In this document: piece by piece, positions 9,963-19,937 of the stretch
Layout: the number at the start of each line of letters is the position of its first letter
Numbering within the stretch: position 1 is the first letter of the stretch
From: a virus
Taxonomy: Duplodnaviria > Heunggongvirae > Uroviricota > Caudoviricetes
Length of the DNA stretch: 64,000 nucleotides
Strand: one strand, 5' to 3'
Virus record (IMG/VR): IMGVR_UViG_3300026302_000005
Span: 32,001-96,000 of that record
Position numbers and translations under genes: made by a program
Notes under the pieces: model-generated
The model's input: only the letters and a program-made list of their open reading frames with translations
What the model was told of the DNA's origin: nothing
Databases searched by the model: none

Positions 9963-12900
9963 GGCCAATAATCTCCCGCGTGTTGCATGACGTGATAGGC
10001 TTCTGGGAAGTCGGTAGCCGCCGACGCGGTTTGGCCCAGGGCATAAGTGCCAGAGACGATGCCGCGACCGAACAGCGGATAGGACAGAACCGGTGGTGTA
10101 GTAAAGGTGTCACCAGTATTGAAGATGACGTTCCAGGTTGCCCCGGAAAGCTCGACGATCTGCTGATCCAGCAGAGATAGAACTTGAGTTCCAGACGGGA
10201 ACACACTGGACACGATGTTCCATACCAGACCATCCCACTCATAGACACGGGAAATCGTGGTGTTCAGAACACGGAACCCGGGCTGACGCCCAGTCTCGAA
10301 TCCATCGGGGGTGTCATAGTCGGTGTGGTCAGCCCGAACCCGATCCACGATCTCAGTCATACGAACCAAGATCGAACTGCTATTCGGCCCACGTTGCGGC
10401 TGGGTGTAGTTCAGCACGATGTTTCCACCCAAACTGAGGGTGTTTAGTGTCAGACCCCCTGCGGAGATATCATATGGACCGGGAACCGATATCACCTGGA
10501 AGTCCCCAAGGCGTCCAACGGGGAACTGATCGAACAGAGTCGTTACGGTATCACCAGGAATGATGGTGTGCCGGGGCACAATCCGTATGGTGTCACCCAC
10601 CGATGGGACCACTGTGATCGATGGGATTTGAGCGATCTGCACGTTGCGGACAATCCGGAAGCTGATTGTGGTGCCAGGTGCTGGGGGGACCGTCCAGTTG
10701 ATGACATCCGGTGATCCATCCGTGAGGGTATAATCGGTGACAAATCCCGAGTATCCGTTCTGCACGGTGTCGCCGACAAACACCAGCATGTTGCTGGGAT
10801 CAGCCGTGGTGAGACCGGTGATCGGATCGCTAGGTCCACCAGAAGCCACAATCGTGATATGCTGCTGGTTATACGAGAGGTATGCGGACGGCGGCATGAC
10901 CCGGATGTGAATGATGTCGCTTACCGCAGGAGGGGTGGTAAACTGGATGGTCCCCTGCACCGGGATCGAGTAATCCGGTCCAAGTGCCTGATACCGTCCA
11001 TTGACGAAGACCCACGCGGTGATGATGTTGGCATTCGAACCCACCACATAGGTATCAGTGACGCCATCCCCGGTGAAGTTGGATTGAACAAAGATTGCGT
11101 CATCATCAGCTACTGTGTTTCCGATGGCGAACGTAATGACATCATCCAGGTAGTTCGGTGCGGTTGCCAATACTACATCATCCGTGGGGTTGATCGAGTA
11201 GGCAGACAGGGCAACCAGGTCACCATTGACGAACACGAATGCATTACGCTCGTGAACGCTACCACCGATATGCCCAGTCGGGAACACCGTCACAAGGCTA
11301 CCAGCCTGTGTATGACGTCCGATGGGCGTCGAATAGATCGGCATCAGACTGGGAGGTGGCTGCACGAATTGCACATCCGTCCCGGCAATCGTATACTGGG
11401 TTCCCAAGATTTGCGGGATGTTGTTCTTGAAGACCTGAACCACCCCATACTGAGCAGCACTGGCATCAAAGATCGTTGTGATGCCATCAGCCGTATACAG
11501 GATATCTGGTTGTGTCGGGAATTCCAAAACCCACGGTGCTTCGGGCACAATTTGATATTCGACACCCTCAGTGACAACCGAGCCGTTAACCCGAACCTGG
11601 GCAATTCTGTTGGTGCCAGGTGTTTGCACGAACCTGGTATTGCTGACAGTGGTCGCGTAGCTGGTGGGGATCGTCCGATTACCCACAGGAATGATTGTTT
11701 CCGCTCCAGCCATAAGGAAGAAGACTCTACGACCGGCATCCACGGGATAGTCATCCCATGGAGCCGAATCCCACGGGGTTGCATCCCAGCCTGCATAGGC
11801 CGGAGTATGATCGGTCTTCACACAGATGACCACGGAGTCTTCGACCTCCGACGGGATGCGTTCCTGTGGCGATTCAGGGATCGGCAGATAGCATTCATCC
11901 ATACCCGGGAACGGTGCATAGATACCAGCGTTCATCATCCGCATGACGTGGTGTTCATACGAGGATGGATACGGCTGGAACAGGGTGTCTTCGAAGTCCA
12001 CACCCAGTGATGGTGCCGACCCTTCATAGAATCCACCTGTCTGTAGAAGCTCAACCGTATAGTTCGGGCCCAGGCCAGCGTTGAATCGAATTGTCACCGA
12101 CGTGTGGGTGACGGTCTTGGTGTAGGATAGACCCACGTCGGCCAGAATGACTTCGGTGCCGAGATTTCGCAGGACGAGAACATGGTCGTATAGCGTAGGA
12201 TCGAATGGGGAGGTAAAGGTGTAATCCTGGACCCCTGGCAAACCAGGTTGAACTCCCAGCGAGTAAGTCTCGGCTCGACCGAGATCGGCCCAAGACCAAA
12301 ACGGCTTGTCCCATCCTTCGAATTCCGTATCCCACGGGAATCGATCCCATCCACCGTCATCGATCCCATCACAGGCCAACCGGTCCAATAGGATCGTGAT
12401 CTTGATATCCGGGAACTCATCGATCTGCATTCCCATGTTCTCGACGTTATCGACCGTGTAGGTGAACGTGCTGGTGCGCAGCTTGGTCCGATACGGCTTC
12501 ATGTCCAAAGCATTAGCAATGACAGCTTCTTGCTCATTCGAGCGAACGAACGGTGATTGCCCAATGGAATCGAACATCTGCATTGTGATGTAAGATGTCT
12601 TGATGAACCAATCGGCAGTCGGATGCTGGTGCAGCATCTCATACAGCAGAGAGAATACCAGGTTGTTCCGTTCTTCCTTATCCATCACTGCATAGGCAGC
12701 TTCAAATGCTTGACGAATATCCGCAGCCGTCGATGAAGCATCCACTGCGATGGTCGTGGTGAAATTGGCAACACCGACCTCCAAGAACAACCCATCCTCC
12801 AGCACATAGGTGGAGTTCACCGTAACACCGGTCCAGGGATCAGTGTTGGCAGAGTTGAGGACCTTGACCAGATCACCTTCGTAGTATCGCTTCTTCGTAT

Positions 12901-15900
12901 ACCGATCCGTCCGGATGGCTTCGCTGGCGACTGTATCGAATACCGATTTTCCTTCATAGTCGAAGTCGCGGTATTCGGAACGAGACCACCAAACACCCTC
13001 TTCACTGATCGGGAAAATGTTGATCAAGTTGGTGGTTGATGACAGGTTCTTTCGAGCCAGGATTGTGGTAGCGGCATCCGAAAATACCCGGAGTGCTTCC
13101 GCCCGATCAGCAAACACCGTCTGCTGCGGGAACGTATCAGTTCCATACTTTTCCGTGTCTGACAGTAGGGGGTTCGGAATAGGATTACCCAGATCATCCA
13201 CACCGGCCAAGCAGTCAATCAGCTTCTCCAATATTGGGTCTGGGATCGTGATAAAACGACTCCCCTCGGACACCAACAACCACTCGGTGTGGTTGTCCAG
13301 TTCCCGGCGATCCTGCATGATCTCCAAAGCATAGCCATCATTGACCTGTTCGCCATTGACAAACGTCAACAGGTGAGTATCGTCGATCACTGCAAACCAT
13401 GGCACATTGTTGATCGTCGGATTATTCAGTCGTGATGCAACCTCACTGGTCGTCAAATTCTTGACGCTGTTGTTTCCCTGGTTGTCGATCACCCAGAAAT
13501 AGTAGTATAGCTTCTTGCTACCCCGGGCATCAACGGATGCTCTGGTCACATAGCTGGTGTCATTCCCATCCTTGGGAGTTCCGGTCGGGCTCCCAGCGAT
13601 GGTTTGCGATGCCACATAGGTATTCCATCCCGACGGCGGAACAGGCGATTCCACCCACTGGTAGACATCGACAAACCCTGTAGTAACCTTGATGTTGCCG
13701 GTTGCAGGCGTGTTGTAAAGACCCTGGACGACAAACGTAAATTCCGTGGCGTTGAATACGGTGACTTCCCACACCCCGTTGTATTCGACAGGGGTGGCAC
13801 CAGAGATCAAAACTGTATCACCGGTAACCAGACCATGCGGAGCAACCGCCCCCGTCACCGGGTCATATGTGATCACCGTGGCGTTCTGGTTGGTTCGGGA
13901 GATCGATCCTGCGAAGAACTCCTGCTTTCCCCACATCTGGGCCACCAGGTTGTAATCCGGAATGAAGCTGAGTGCATCCATGTATTTCAGTCGGGACTGA
14001 TCCCACCAAAGCTGACCTACGTGGTTCTGACCCCATTGCAGATTGTCCGAGTAGGACGAACCTGATCCATCCGTGTAGCGGGCGGGGTCGAGGAACCCGA
14101 TATAGTCGATCTCACACAGGGCCTCGGGGTCATACAGACGCGAACCCACATATGGGTTGTAGTGGAACATGCGAACTGCGACCTGGCCGGTCTCCGTGTC
14201 AAACAGCTTCACAAATAGCCGGGTCTGCTCATCATATGCACCGGTCAGTGTGGTCGGCAAGGTATAGCTGACCACATTGGTAGTGCTGCTCTGGATGGGC
14301 GGAATGATCCAGCGGCCCGTGTTGGGAGACGAACGATTGAAGCTTTCGACCTGTAGAAGCGTGTCGTAGCTGTTGCTTGCAACGTTGAACTCGATCACCT
14401 GGAGCTTGTCCCGGTAGTCACTCTGTTCGACTCGGAACTGCACTAGCTCACGACGGGTGTCTCCAAAATCGCACCAACGCCATGCCCAATCCTCATTAAC
14501 AACCACTCCATCACGGCCCATACGGGTTCCACGAGAGAAGGCGATCAGTGGTCGGATCGTGCCTTTGGTATGGAGCATACCTCGGTGGTAGTCGAATTGA
14601 CTACGCTCGTTGGCGTCAATCGCGTCCATCATCGGGGTCTTCTCACCAGTCGTGCTGGTGTATACCCCATTGGGATACCAACCATACAGTTCACGAGCCT
14701 GGTCACGCTTGATAGGATCATCCAGCGTGTCGATTCGGTCGTAATACCGAGTGAAGTCCTTGGCCTGCTTTTCGAAGTTTGGAAGCAGTGTTCCACGACT
14801 GATGACAAAGCCATTGGCCTCAAGGCGTCCCTGCCATCCGGTCGTGCGGTATCCATCCAGCCGAAGTGCGGGTTGGGCCAGGGCCAGGATCGGATCGTAG
14901 ATCAGATCGTTGAACTTGGTGACATTGCTGAAAAACACAACATGCTGATCTTCGACTACCAAAACTCGGGTCCCATAGATATCGGGGGCACCCTCATTTG
15001 AGGATAGGGTGATGCGATTCCCGATACGGGATGTGAAGATCAATTCCGGATCAATCGGATTGGCTTCCTGGTCAATGATGCCGAATGCCCCATTCTGCAC
15101 AGACTCAACGTTCAGGACCTGACCAAATGATGATTCGAATGCAGCGGTGCGAGCAAACGGGCTGTAGAAGAAATCCGGGATGTCCGTAGTTGCAGCCCGG
15201 GTGGTTTCCACTACCCATGTTGCAAACTTCTGCGCCCCATACAGCCAATCCCGGACCACACCAGGAGAAACCTCTTCTTCAAATACCCAACCGTCATTCC
15301 GTAGCTTACGGCCATAGCCGAGCATGAAGTTGATCACATCGGGTGCGGTATCGTAATACCGTCCATATTCGATCTCTTCAAAGACGCCCCGGCCCGAGTC
15401 GATATAGGGGAATGGCACCCCGTTTACGACGAACTGCTTGACCCTGGTAGACGGGCTGGATTGCACAGTGAGAACCGAGACTCCAACGATGTCTCCGGCA
15501 TTGATCGTCACGATGTCTTCGATGACAACGGTATTGCCGTTGATCGTCACGTGTTGGGATTTCAGCTTGAGGCCGTTGACCATCACCGACAGGGTTGCAC
15601 TATCACTGACGTTTTCCGTTCGTGGCAAACGGAAAGTCGTGACGGCGAATTCATGTTGATTGGCAGTAGCCGTGAAGTCCTCGTTCAGTTCGATCTGCCC
15701 ACCGGCAATCGGTGCCACCGGCAATTCGATGATGAAGCGGGGATTGAACAGATCAAAGCCGAAAACCCGATATCCAGTTCCCTCACGGGTGACCAGGACT
15801 CCGGAACCGAAGAACTCCTCGGTCGGTTTGGAACGGTGCAGGATCGGGTGGATATCCTCGAACGGGATACGCAGGCCCGAAAGTGTTTGCACATTGGTTC

Positions 15901-18900
15901 GCTCGGGGTTGATGAAACCGGCGCACTTCCAGACCAGACTGATCTGGGTGTTTCGCAGTGTGTCTCCAAAGATGGTAGTGACGTTCCCACCCAGGCTCTT
16001 CACATATTCGGAAACCCAGGCGTTCAGACCAAGCTGGGTAGCCGGGACATCATTGACCACTTCAAGGTGAACGGACAGATCGGAAATCTTTGGACGTGTC
16101 AGGAGATCGCGGTGAACCACGTGAGGGGCCCGCCATATCGGGTTGGTGGCATTCAAGCCGATGTCAACGTAAAGCTCCGACCACAGGGTATCGATGAAGC
16201 GACCGGGCTTCATCAAGTATCCCATCAGGGCCGTGGCAAAGCTGAAATAGGGGCTGTTCAGGAAGTCCTGTTCCGCAGGACCACCGTCTCCATACACCCA
16301 GCTATCGTTGAGTCGCTCCGGAACCAGGTGATCCTCATCAACGATGCCAGCCGCAATGGGGTCCAGTAGATCACCAGTGTTGGACACTGGGATAGGAGCC
16401 GACATTACGTGACGATCCGATTGGGCACCGGTCAGAGGGTTGTAGATACCGGCCTGCAAATCAGCCCACATCGGATGGGATGAGGCATAGCGGGGCGTTC
16501 CATCACTCGCAGTGCTGGTGGGTGGATACGAGGCCAGCCACCAGGATGGCTGCAATGCATATCCAACGATCTCCCACGGATGAGAGTGCGGGCGAACAGT
16601 CCGATACAGCCGCTGGTAGATGCCTTTGTAGTGGCCTTCTACACCAGCCGACCGGTAGTTCCAGGTGAACTTGTCGGACTGAACATAGTCGTTGTTCGTG
16701 ATGAAGTCGATGTTCTGAGCAACAGCCCAGCGTTCGAATTCACGACGAAGAATCTGCTGGTAGGTTTGCTGTGGGTAGGCAAACGTGAATGCCCGGTTGA
16801 ACAGATCGATCCGGAATATCCCGAAGCCGTTGTAGATGTAGTAGTTCGAGTCGGCGGCGTTGAACACGATGTCATCGACCAGGATCGGGCGGGTGTTGAA
16901 CCGCAGTCCATCCCAGTATCCATACAGAGCCTTGCCGGTATCAATCACCAGATCACCAACCTGGGGAGACACAACCGAAGAGAAGTCGGAAACGATGGAC
17001 GTAACCTCTTCTACGATGTTGGGCTCAGAATTGCCGTAGAAGTCGGCCAGAGAAAAGTTCGACGTAGCATGCCGAGCACTGAACGTGGAAGTCTCATCGC
17101 GATAGTAGGCCGGAACCGCATTGAACATACGGGTCTGAAATTCCAACCAGACGTCATCACGACCATCTCCATAAGACGGAATGATCATCCCCTCATGACC
17201 ACGAAGTTTGGAAATCCCATCAATATCAGTGAACTTCTCGGGCCGATAGGTTTGGGAAGCTCCAATTCTCGGTGCGCTTGGTGGAACAAAGATCGGGGTC
17301 GGTGATGAACCAATCACTGTGATGGTTCCCGCCACCACCTGGGTCTCCACATACGTTCCCATACTGGAGTAGTAGAACTGGAAATCACTGGTTCGACCAA
17401 TGAATAGCTCCGACAGGATCAGATCGACCGCAGTCGAAGCTGATGTCGTCAGTGTGCCACCCGGTTCTGAAATGGTGAGATCATCCCAAAGCTGGTTCAT
17501 CCGATTGTTGAACTTGAACATCACCCGGTTGTAGTCGCGGGAAATACGACGAATCGAATCCGGGATGTCCAGTTCCTGTCGTTGTAGCGTTGCCATGACT
17601 CGTAGCAGCGAGTTCTCGCAGTCGATCAGCGTGGCACCCACGGTCGGCGATTTGTCGGTCCAACGATAGTTGTTAGCCCCATACCGATTGCCCTCGAAGC
17701 CATCCTGAGATTCGATTACCGATGCGATGTGGGAGAGCATCTGGATGCGGGAGGCAACAGTCAGAATTTCGTGGTTGGGGTTGGACGTCAAGTTCTTGGG
17801 AAGATCAATAACACCATTGGTGTCCAGATTCTGTTCGGTCACGCCGTTGGACTTCGCCCAGATCGAATGAACAAAACCAGTTTTGGTGTCCTTGAAATAC
17901 CGGTATCCCAGAAATCCCGGAAACTCGTCGGTTTCCAACGTCAGTTCGAATTGGAATTCACCAGTCTGGTTGAATACCAGTGGGAATTCCATCACGGAGT
18001 CATCAATACCGGTTCCAACCTGATACTGGAAGATCGTGGACGAATTGTTTGTGGATACAACCGATCCGGTAGCGGTAGCTTGATAGACGCGAAACTGCGG
18101 TAGTGTGTGGCGAGCAATTCGTGTTGAACCAGGAGCCAATTCAATCCCGGCCCAGAATTCGATGATGGGTCGAACAGCCTGATCGCCAGCCAACAGAACA
18201 GATCGATCAACCGGGCTCAGGTCCCCATAGTGTCTCCACCAGTTGTTGTCACTCCATCCGTCACCAGCAGTAGTGGCCCGACGGTCATACTGATAGGTCG
18301 TGATAGATGGGACACCCGAAGGTCCATTGTTGGTTCCCCATGTGAACGGCACAAACGCCCCATTCTGGAAGATGCGGAAAGGTCGATTCGGGGTCAGTCG
18401 GGCATCTTCCCAGATCATACCCTCAACTGGGCTATCCGGGAGCGGGCCGACTACGACCGGTTGGGCCAACCAGCGGCCTGCCTCAATGGAGTATTTCCAG
18501 ATCAGCGGACGGTTGAACTCCGGGCCGGTGCGAGTGACATAGACATAATCCCCAATGGCATATCCGGTGGTAGAGGGAATGTCTTCCTCGATCTCATAGT
18601 CCAACACGGCCCAGGCCGTCCCATTCCATCGCTGAACCACACGGTTCACATCGTTGGTCTTCTCCCACAATTGACCAACGGTGGGGGATGTGGGTGCGGT
18701 ATTCGCCAGAGTGACCGGGCGGGCAACAAAGCCGGTGCTGGTAAGCTCATACATGACCGTGGCCGAGCCCTGTGGTTCCCGGGTAATGTATTCACCGTTC
18801 ACCTGTGCATTGCCTGCACCGGTCCAGTAATAGCGGGTGTAGTTGGTGTGTTTGTCGTAATCGAAAGGGGGAGTCCATGCGTAGAATGGCGTTTCGAACA

Positions 18901-19237
18901 ACGTGTTCTCATCTGCCACATTTCCACCATTGGCACGAATCTGTCCGACCAGATCAGTATAGAAGGCACCACCCGAACGGTTATCCGTGGTTGGGTTCAC
19001 CTGGACTGCGGCCAGAGTCAACTGATGCTTCTGACGCTCTGCTGTATCTTCGATGATCTGGGGTTGACGCTGGAGGTCTTCTTCGGTGAGCAAGCTGACG
19101 TCACCGATGTATCCACTGAGGAATCCAGCCTGTTCGGGCTCGAACAGAACATCGTCACTGACGTAATATTCCCGGTTGTTCTGGTCTGTCTGGAGATATT
19201 CCGGAAGACGGGAAAATGCTCTACGTTCTACTACCAT
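9959..19237 (-). CDS. Giant virion structural protein (baseplate wedge, gp7-like by position), 3092 aa
   Basis: Uninterrupted 9.3 kb ORF downstream of the gp6-like gene; W-D-rich motifs (GWDxxPWD); C-terminal beta-repeat modules; TAAATA motif at 19263-19268. Confidence 0.75.
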   Translation of the reverse strand: MVVERRAFSRLPEYLQTDQNNREYYVSDDVLFEPEQAGFLSGYIGDVSLLTEEDLQRQPQIIEDTAERQKHQLTLAAVQVNPTTDNRSGGAFYTDLVGQIRANGGNVADENTLFETPFYAWTPPFDYDKHTNYTRYYWTGAGNAQVNGEYITREPQGSATVMYELTSTGFVARPVTLANTAPTSPTVGQLWEKTNDVNRVVQRWNGTAWAVLDYEIEEDIPSTTGYAIGDYVYVTRTGPEFNRPLIWKYSIEAGRWLAQPVVVGPLPDSPVEGMIWEDARLTPNRPFRIFQNGAFVPFTWGTNNGPSGVPSITTYQYDRRATTAGDGWSDNNWWRHYGDLSPVDRSVLLAGDQAVRPIIEFWAGIELAPGSTRIARHTLPQFRVYQATATGSVVSTNNSSTIFQYQVGTGIDDSVMEFPLVFNQTGEFQFELTLETDEFPGFLGYRYFKDTKTGFVHSIWAKSNGVTEQNLDTNGVIDLPKNLTSNPNHEILTVASRIQMLSHIASVIESQDGFEGNRYGANNYRWTDKSPTVGATLIDCENSLLRVMATLQRQELDIPDSIRRISRDYNRVMFKFNNRMNQLWDDLTISEPGGTLTTSASTAVDLILSELFIGRTSDFQFYYSSMGTYVETQVVAGTITVIGSSPTPIFVPPSAPRIGASQTYRPEKFTDIDGISKLRGHEGMIIPSYGDGRDDVWLEFQTRMFNAVPAYYRDETSTFSARHATSNFSLADFYGNSEPNIVEEVTSIVSDFSSVVSPQVGDLVIDTGKALYGYWDGLRFNTRPILVDDIVFNAADSNYYIYNGFGIFRIDLFNRAFTFAYPQQTYQQILRREFERWAVAQNIDFITNNDYVQSDKFTWNYRSAGVEGHYKGIYQRLYRTVRPHSHPWEIVGYALQPSWWLASYPPTSTASDGTPRYASSHPMWADLQAGIYNPLTGAQSDRHVMSAPIPVSNTGDLLDPIAAGIVDEDHLVPERLNDSWVYGDGGPAEQDFLNSPYFSFATALMGYLMKPGRFIDTLWSELYVDIGLNATNPIWRAPHVVHRDLLTRPKISDLSVHLEVVNDVPATQLGLNAWVSEYVKSLGGNVTTIFGDTLRNTQISLVWKCAGFINPERTNVQTLSGLRIPFEDIHPILHRSKPTEEFFGSGVLVTREGTGYRVFGFDLFNPRFIIELPVAPIAGGQIELNEDFTATANQHEFAVTTFRLPRTENVSDSATLSVMVNGLKLKSQHVTINGNTVVIEDIVTINAGDIVGVSVLTVQSSPSTRVKQFVVNGVPFPYIDSGRGVFEEIEYGRYYDTAPDVINFMLGYGRKLRNDGWVFEEEVSPGVVRDWLYGAQKFATWVVETTRAATTDIPDFFYSPFARTAAFESSFGQVLNVESVQNGAFGIIDQEANPIDPELIFTSRIGNRITLSSNEGAPDIYGTRVLVVEDQHVVFFSNVTKFNDLIYDPILALAQPALRLDGYRTTGWQGRLEANGFVISRGTLLPNFEKQAKDFTRYYDRIDTLDDPIKRDQARELYGWYPNGVYTSTTGEKTPMMDAIDANERSQFDYHRGMLHTKGTIRPLIAFSRGTRMGRDGVVVNEDWAWRWCDFGDTRRELVQFRVEQSDYRDKLQVIEFNVASNSYDTLLQVESFNRSSPNTGRWIIPPIQSSTTNVVSYTLPTTLTGAYDEQTRLFVKLFDTETGQVAVRMFHYNPYVGSRLYDPEALCEIDYIGFLDPARYTDGSGSSYSDNLQWGQNHVGQLWWDQSRLKYMDALSFIPDYNLVAQMWGKQEFFAGSISRTNQNATVITYDPVTGAVAPHGLVTGDTVLISGATPVEYNGVWEVTVFNATEFTFVVQGLYNTPATGNIKVTTGFVDVYQWVESPVPPSGWNTYVASQTIAGSPTGTPKDGNDTSYVTRASVDARGSKKLYYYFWVIDNQGNNSVKNLTTSEVASRLNNPTINNVPWFAVIDDTHLLTFVNGEQVNDGYALEIMQDRRELDNHTEWLLVSEGSRFITIPDPILEKLIDCLAGVDDLGNPIPNPLLSDTEKYGTDTFPQQTVFADRAEALRVFSDAATTILARKNLSSTTNLINIFPISEEGVWWSRSEYRDFDYEGKSVFDTVASEAIRTDRYTKKRYYEGDLVKVLNSANTDPWTGVTVNSTYVLEDGLFLEVGVANFTTTIAVDASSTAADIRQAFEAAYAVMDKEERNNLVFSLLYEMLHQHPTADWFIKTSYITMQMFDSIGQSPFVRSNEQEAVIANALDMKPYRTKLRTSTFTYTVDNVENMGMQIDEFPDIKITILLDRLACDGIDDGGWDRFPWDTEFEGWDKPFWSWADLGRAETYSLGVQPGLPGVQDYTFTSPFDPTLYDHVLVLRNLGTEVILADVGLSYTKTVTHTSVTIRFNAGLGPNYTVELLQTGGFYEGSAPSLGVDFEDTLFQPYPSSYEHHVMRMMNAGIYAPFPGMDECYLPIPESPQERIPSEVEDSVVICVKTDHTPAYAGWDATPWDSAPWDDYPVDAGRRVFFLMAGAETIIPVGNRTIPTSYATTVSNTRFVQTPGTNRIAQVRVNGSVVTEGVEYQIVPEAPWVLEFPTQPDILYTADGITTIFDASAAQYGVVQVFKNNIPQILGTQYTIAGTDVQFVQPPPSLMPIYSTPIGRHTQAGSLVTVFPTGHIGGSVHERNAFVFVNGDLVALSAYSINPTDDVVLATAPNYLDDVITFAIGNTVADDDAIFVQSNFTGDGVTDTYVVGSNANIITAWVFVNGRYQALGPDYSIPVQGTIQFTTPPAVSDIIHIRVMPPSAYLSYNQQHITIVASGGPSDPITGLTTADPSNMLVFVGDTVQNGYSGFVTDYTLTDGSPDVINWTVPPAPGTTISFRIVRNVQIAQIPSITVVPSVGDTIRIVPRHTIIPGDTVTTLFDQFPVGRLGDFQVISVPGPYDISAGGLTLNTLSLGGNIVLNYTQPQRGPNSSSILVRMTEIVDRVRADHTDYDTPDGFETGRQPGFRVLNTTISRVYEWDGLVWNIVSSVFPSGTQVLSLLDQQIVELSGATWNVIFNTGDTFTTPPVLSYPLFGRGIVSGTYALGQTASAATDFPEAYHVMQHAGDYWP

Positions 19238-19271
19238 GTGCTTCCACCTGCGCTATTCCCAATATTTAGAC

Positions 19272-19300
19272 TTGTCAGACCCCAGTTTGTAGAGTAGATA
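19272..19300 (+). promoter_or_regulatory. Sigma70-like promoter for the tRNA-like element
   Basis: TTGTCA-17 nt-TAGATA ending 9 nt before the acceptor stem. Confidence 0.5.
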
Positions 19301-19309
19301 TGGGATTAT

Positions 19310-19402
19310 CGGGGTGATGTCAGGAGGGAAACGTCCCGGCCTCGTGGATGGTCCACATCAAGTGGTGTGTGATCCAGGGTTCGATGCCCTGCACCCCGCC
19401 CA
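19310..19402 (+). tRNA. Atypical tRNA-like RNA (93 nt, long variable arm, possible GUG anticodon, encoded CCA)
   Basis: Acceptor stem CGGGGTG/CACCCCG, then C and CCA; T-arm CAGGG-TTCGATG-CCCTG; extra arm CACATC-AAGT-GGTGTG; D and anticodon arms non-canonical. Confidence 0.65.
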
Positions 19403-19441
19403 TCTTATCCACAAGAATGTATTCGGTCATGAAGAAAAAAC

Positions 19442-19470
19442 TTGACGAATCAGCCAACACCAGGTAGATG
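19442..19470 (+). promoter_or_regulatory. Sigma70-like promoter for the putative large ncRNA
   Basis: A-tract followed by TTGACG-17 nt-TAGATG; CCAGG before the -10 matches other early promoters in the window. Confidence 0.65.
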
Positions 19471-19475
19471 TATCA

Positions 19476-19935
19476 GCACAACGAACGCCGTTAGACAGTC
19501 TCTCTGGCCCCGGAGGACGCAGCACTGTAGGCGAAGGGAAAAGCGGGCTAACCTGGGTGAAAACCGGACCCAGGGGATAGAAAGTGCGAGGGACTAGCTC
19601 AGTCAAGTCTTCCGGCTTTCCGGAGGGTTGCGACGAAGGCCCGGTGTAAGAGTGAGAAGGCTACCCTGGGCGGCATCGCCCAGGAGTTTCAGCGAAACTC
19701 GGCGAGGAGTGTCTTCATGCGTATTCGTGACGGCCCGTAGCATCTATATGTAGCAAAAAGCGACCGGCGACGACTGTTTCGCCCCTATGATGGGGCCACC
19801 CGTGCGAGGAGAAGCGACATGAGAATTCGAGACTCGCCCTTCTAGGGTATTTGATTTGCAAAACCGACGCGATTGAGTATGAGACGACCAACAGAGAGGG
19901 TGGCAGGGTAGTGTCCCGACCCTCTCTGTTGCATT
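19476..19935 (+). ncRNA. Putative large structured non-coding RNA (~455 nt), family unrecognised
   Basis: No ORF of 60 aa or more; bounded by a promoter and a 13-bp terminal hairpin; many stems, e.g. CCTGGGT/ACCCAGG, CTTCCGG/CCGGAGG, CCTGGGCG/CGCCCAGG, GAGTTTC/GAAACTC, GCCCC/GGGGC. Confidence 0.65.
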
Positions 19936-19937
19936 TT
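19889..19937. terminator. Strong hairpin, probable terminator (ncRNA 3' end and/or gp6 transcript)
   Basis: CAACAGAGAGGGT...ACCCTCTCTGTTG, a perfect 13-bp stem followed by CATTTT, abutting the gp6-like stop. Confidence 0.6.

Noticed and set aside
10859-12010. Long antisense ORFs (383 aa here; also 18230-19297, 34740-35651, 52335-53276 and others)
   Set aside because: They are shadows of well-supported genes on the opposite strand, with no recognisable motifs.
19353-19365. tRNA-Sec or opal suppressor reading (TCA in the CATCAAG loop)
   Set aside because: The stem is only 3-4 bp, it sits in the wrong arm position, and the 8-bp acceptor and 6-bp D-stem of selC are absent. TGA is used as a normal stop throughout the window.
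19476-19935. RNase P RNA, tmRNA or self-splicing intron identity for the structured RNA
   Set aside because: Short resemblances exist (GAAAGTGC, GGTGTAAGAG, GTGCG, TAGCTCAG). I found no GAGGAAAGTCC/AACCCGGCTTA P4 pair, no tmRNA acceptor ends with G3-U70, and no group II domain V. Both flanking genes have their own start and stop, so no splicing is needed.
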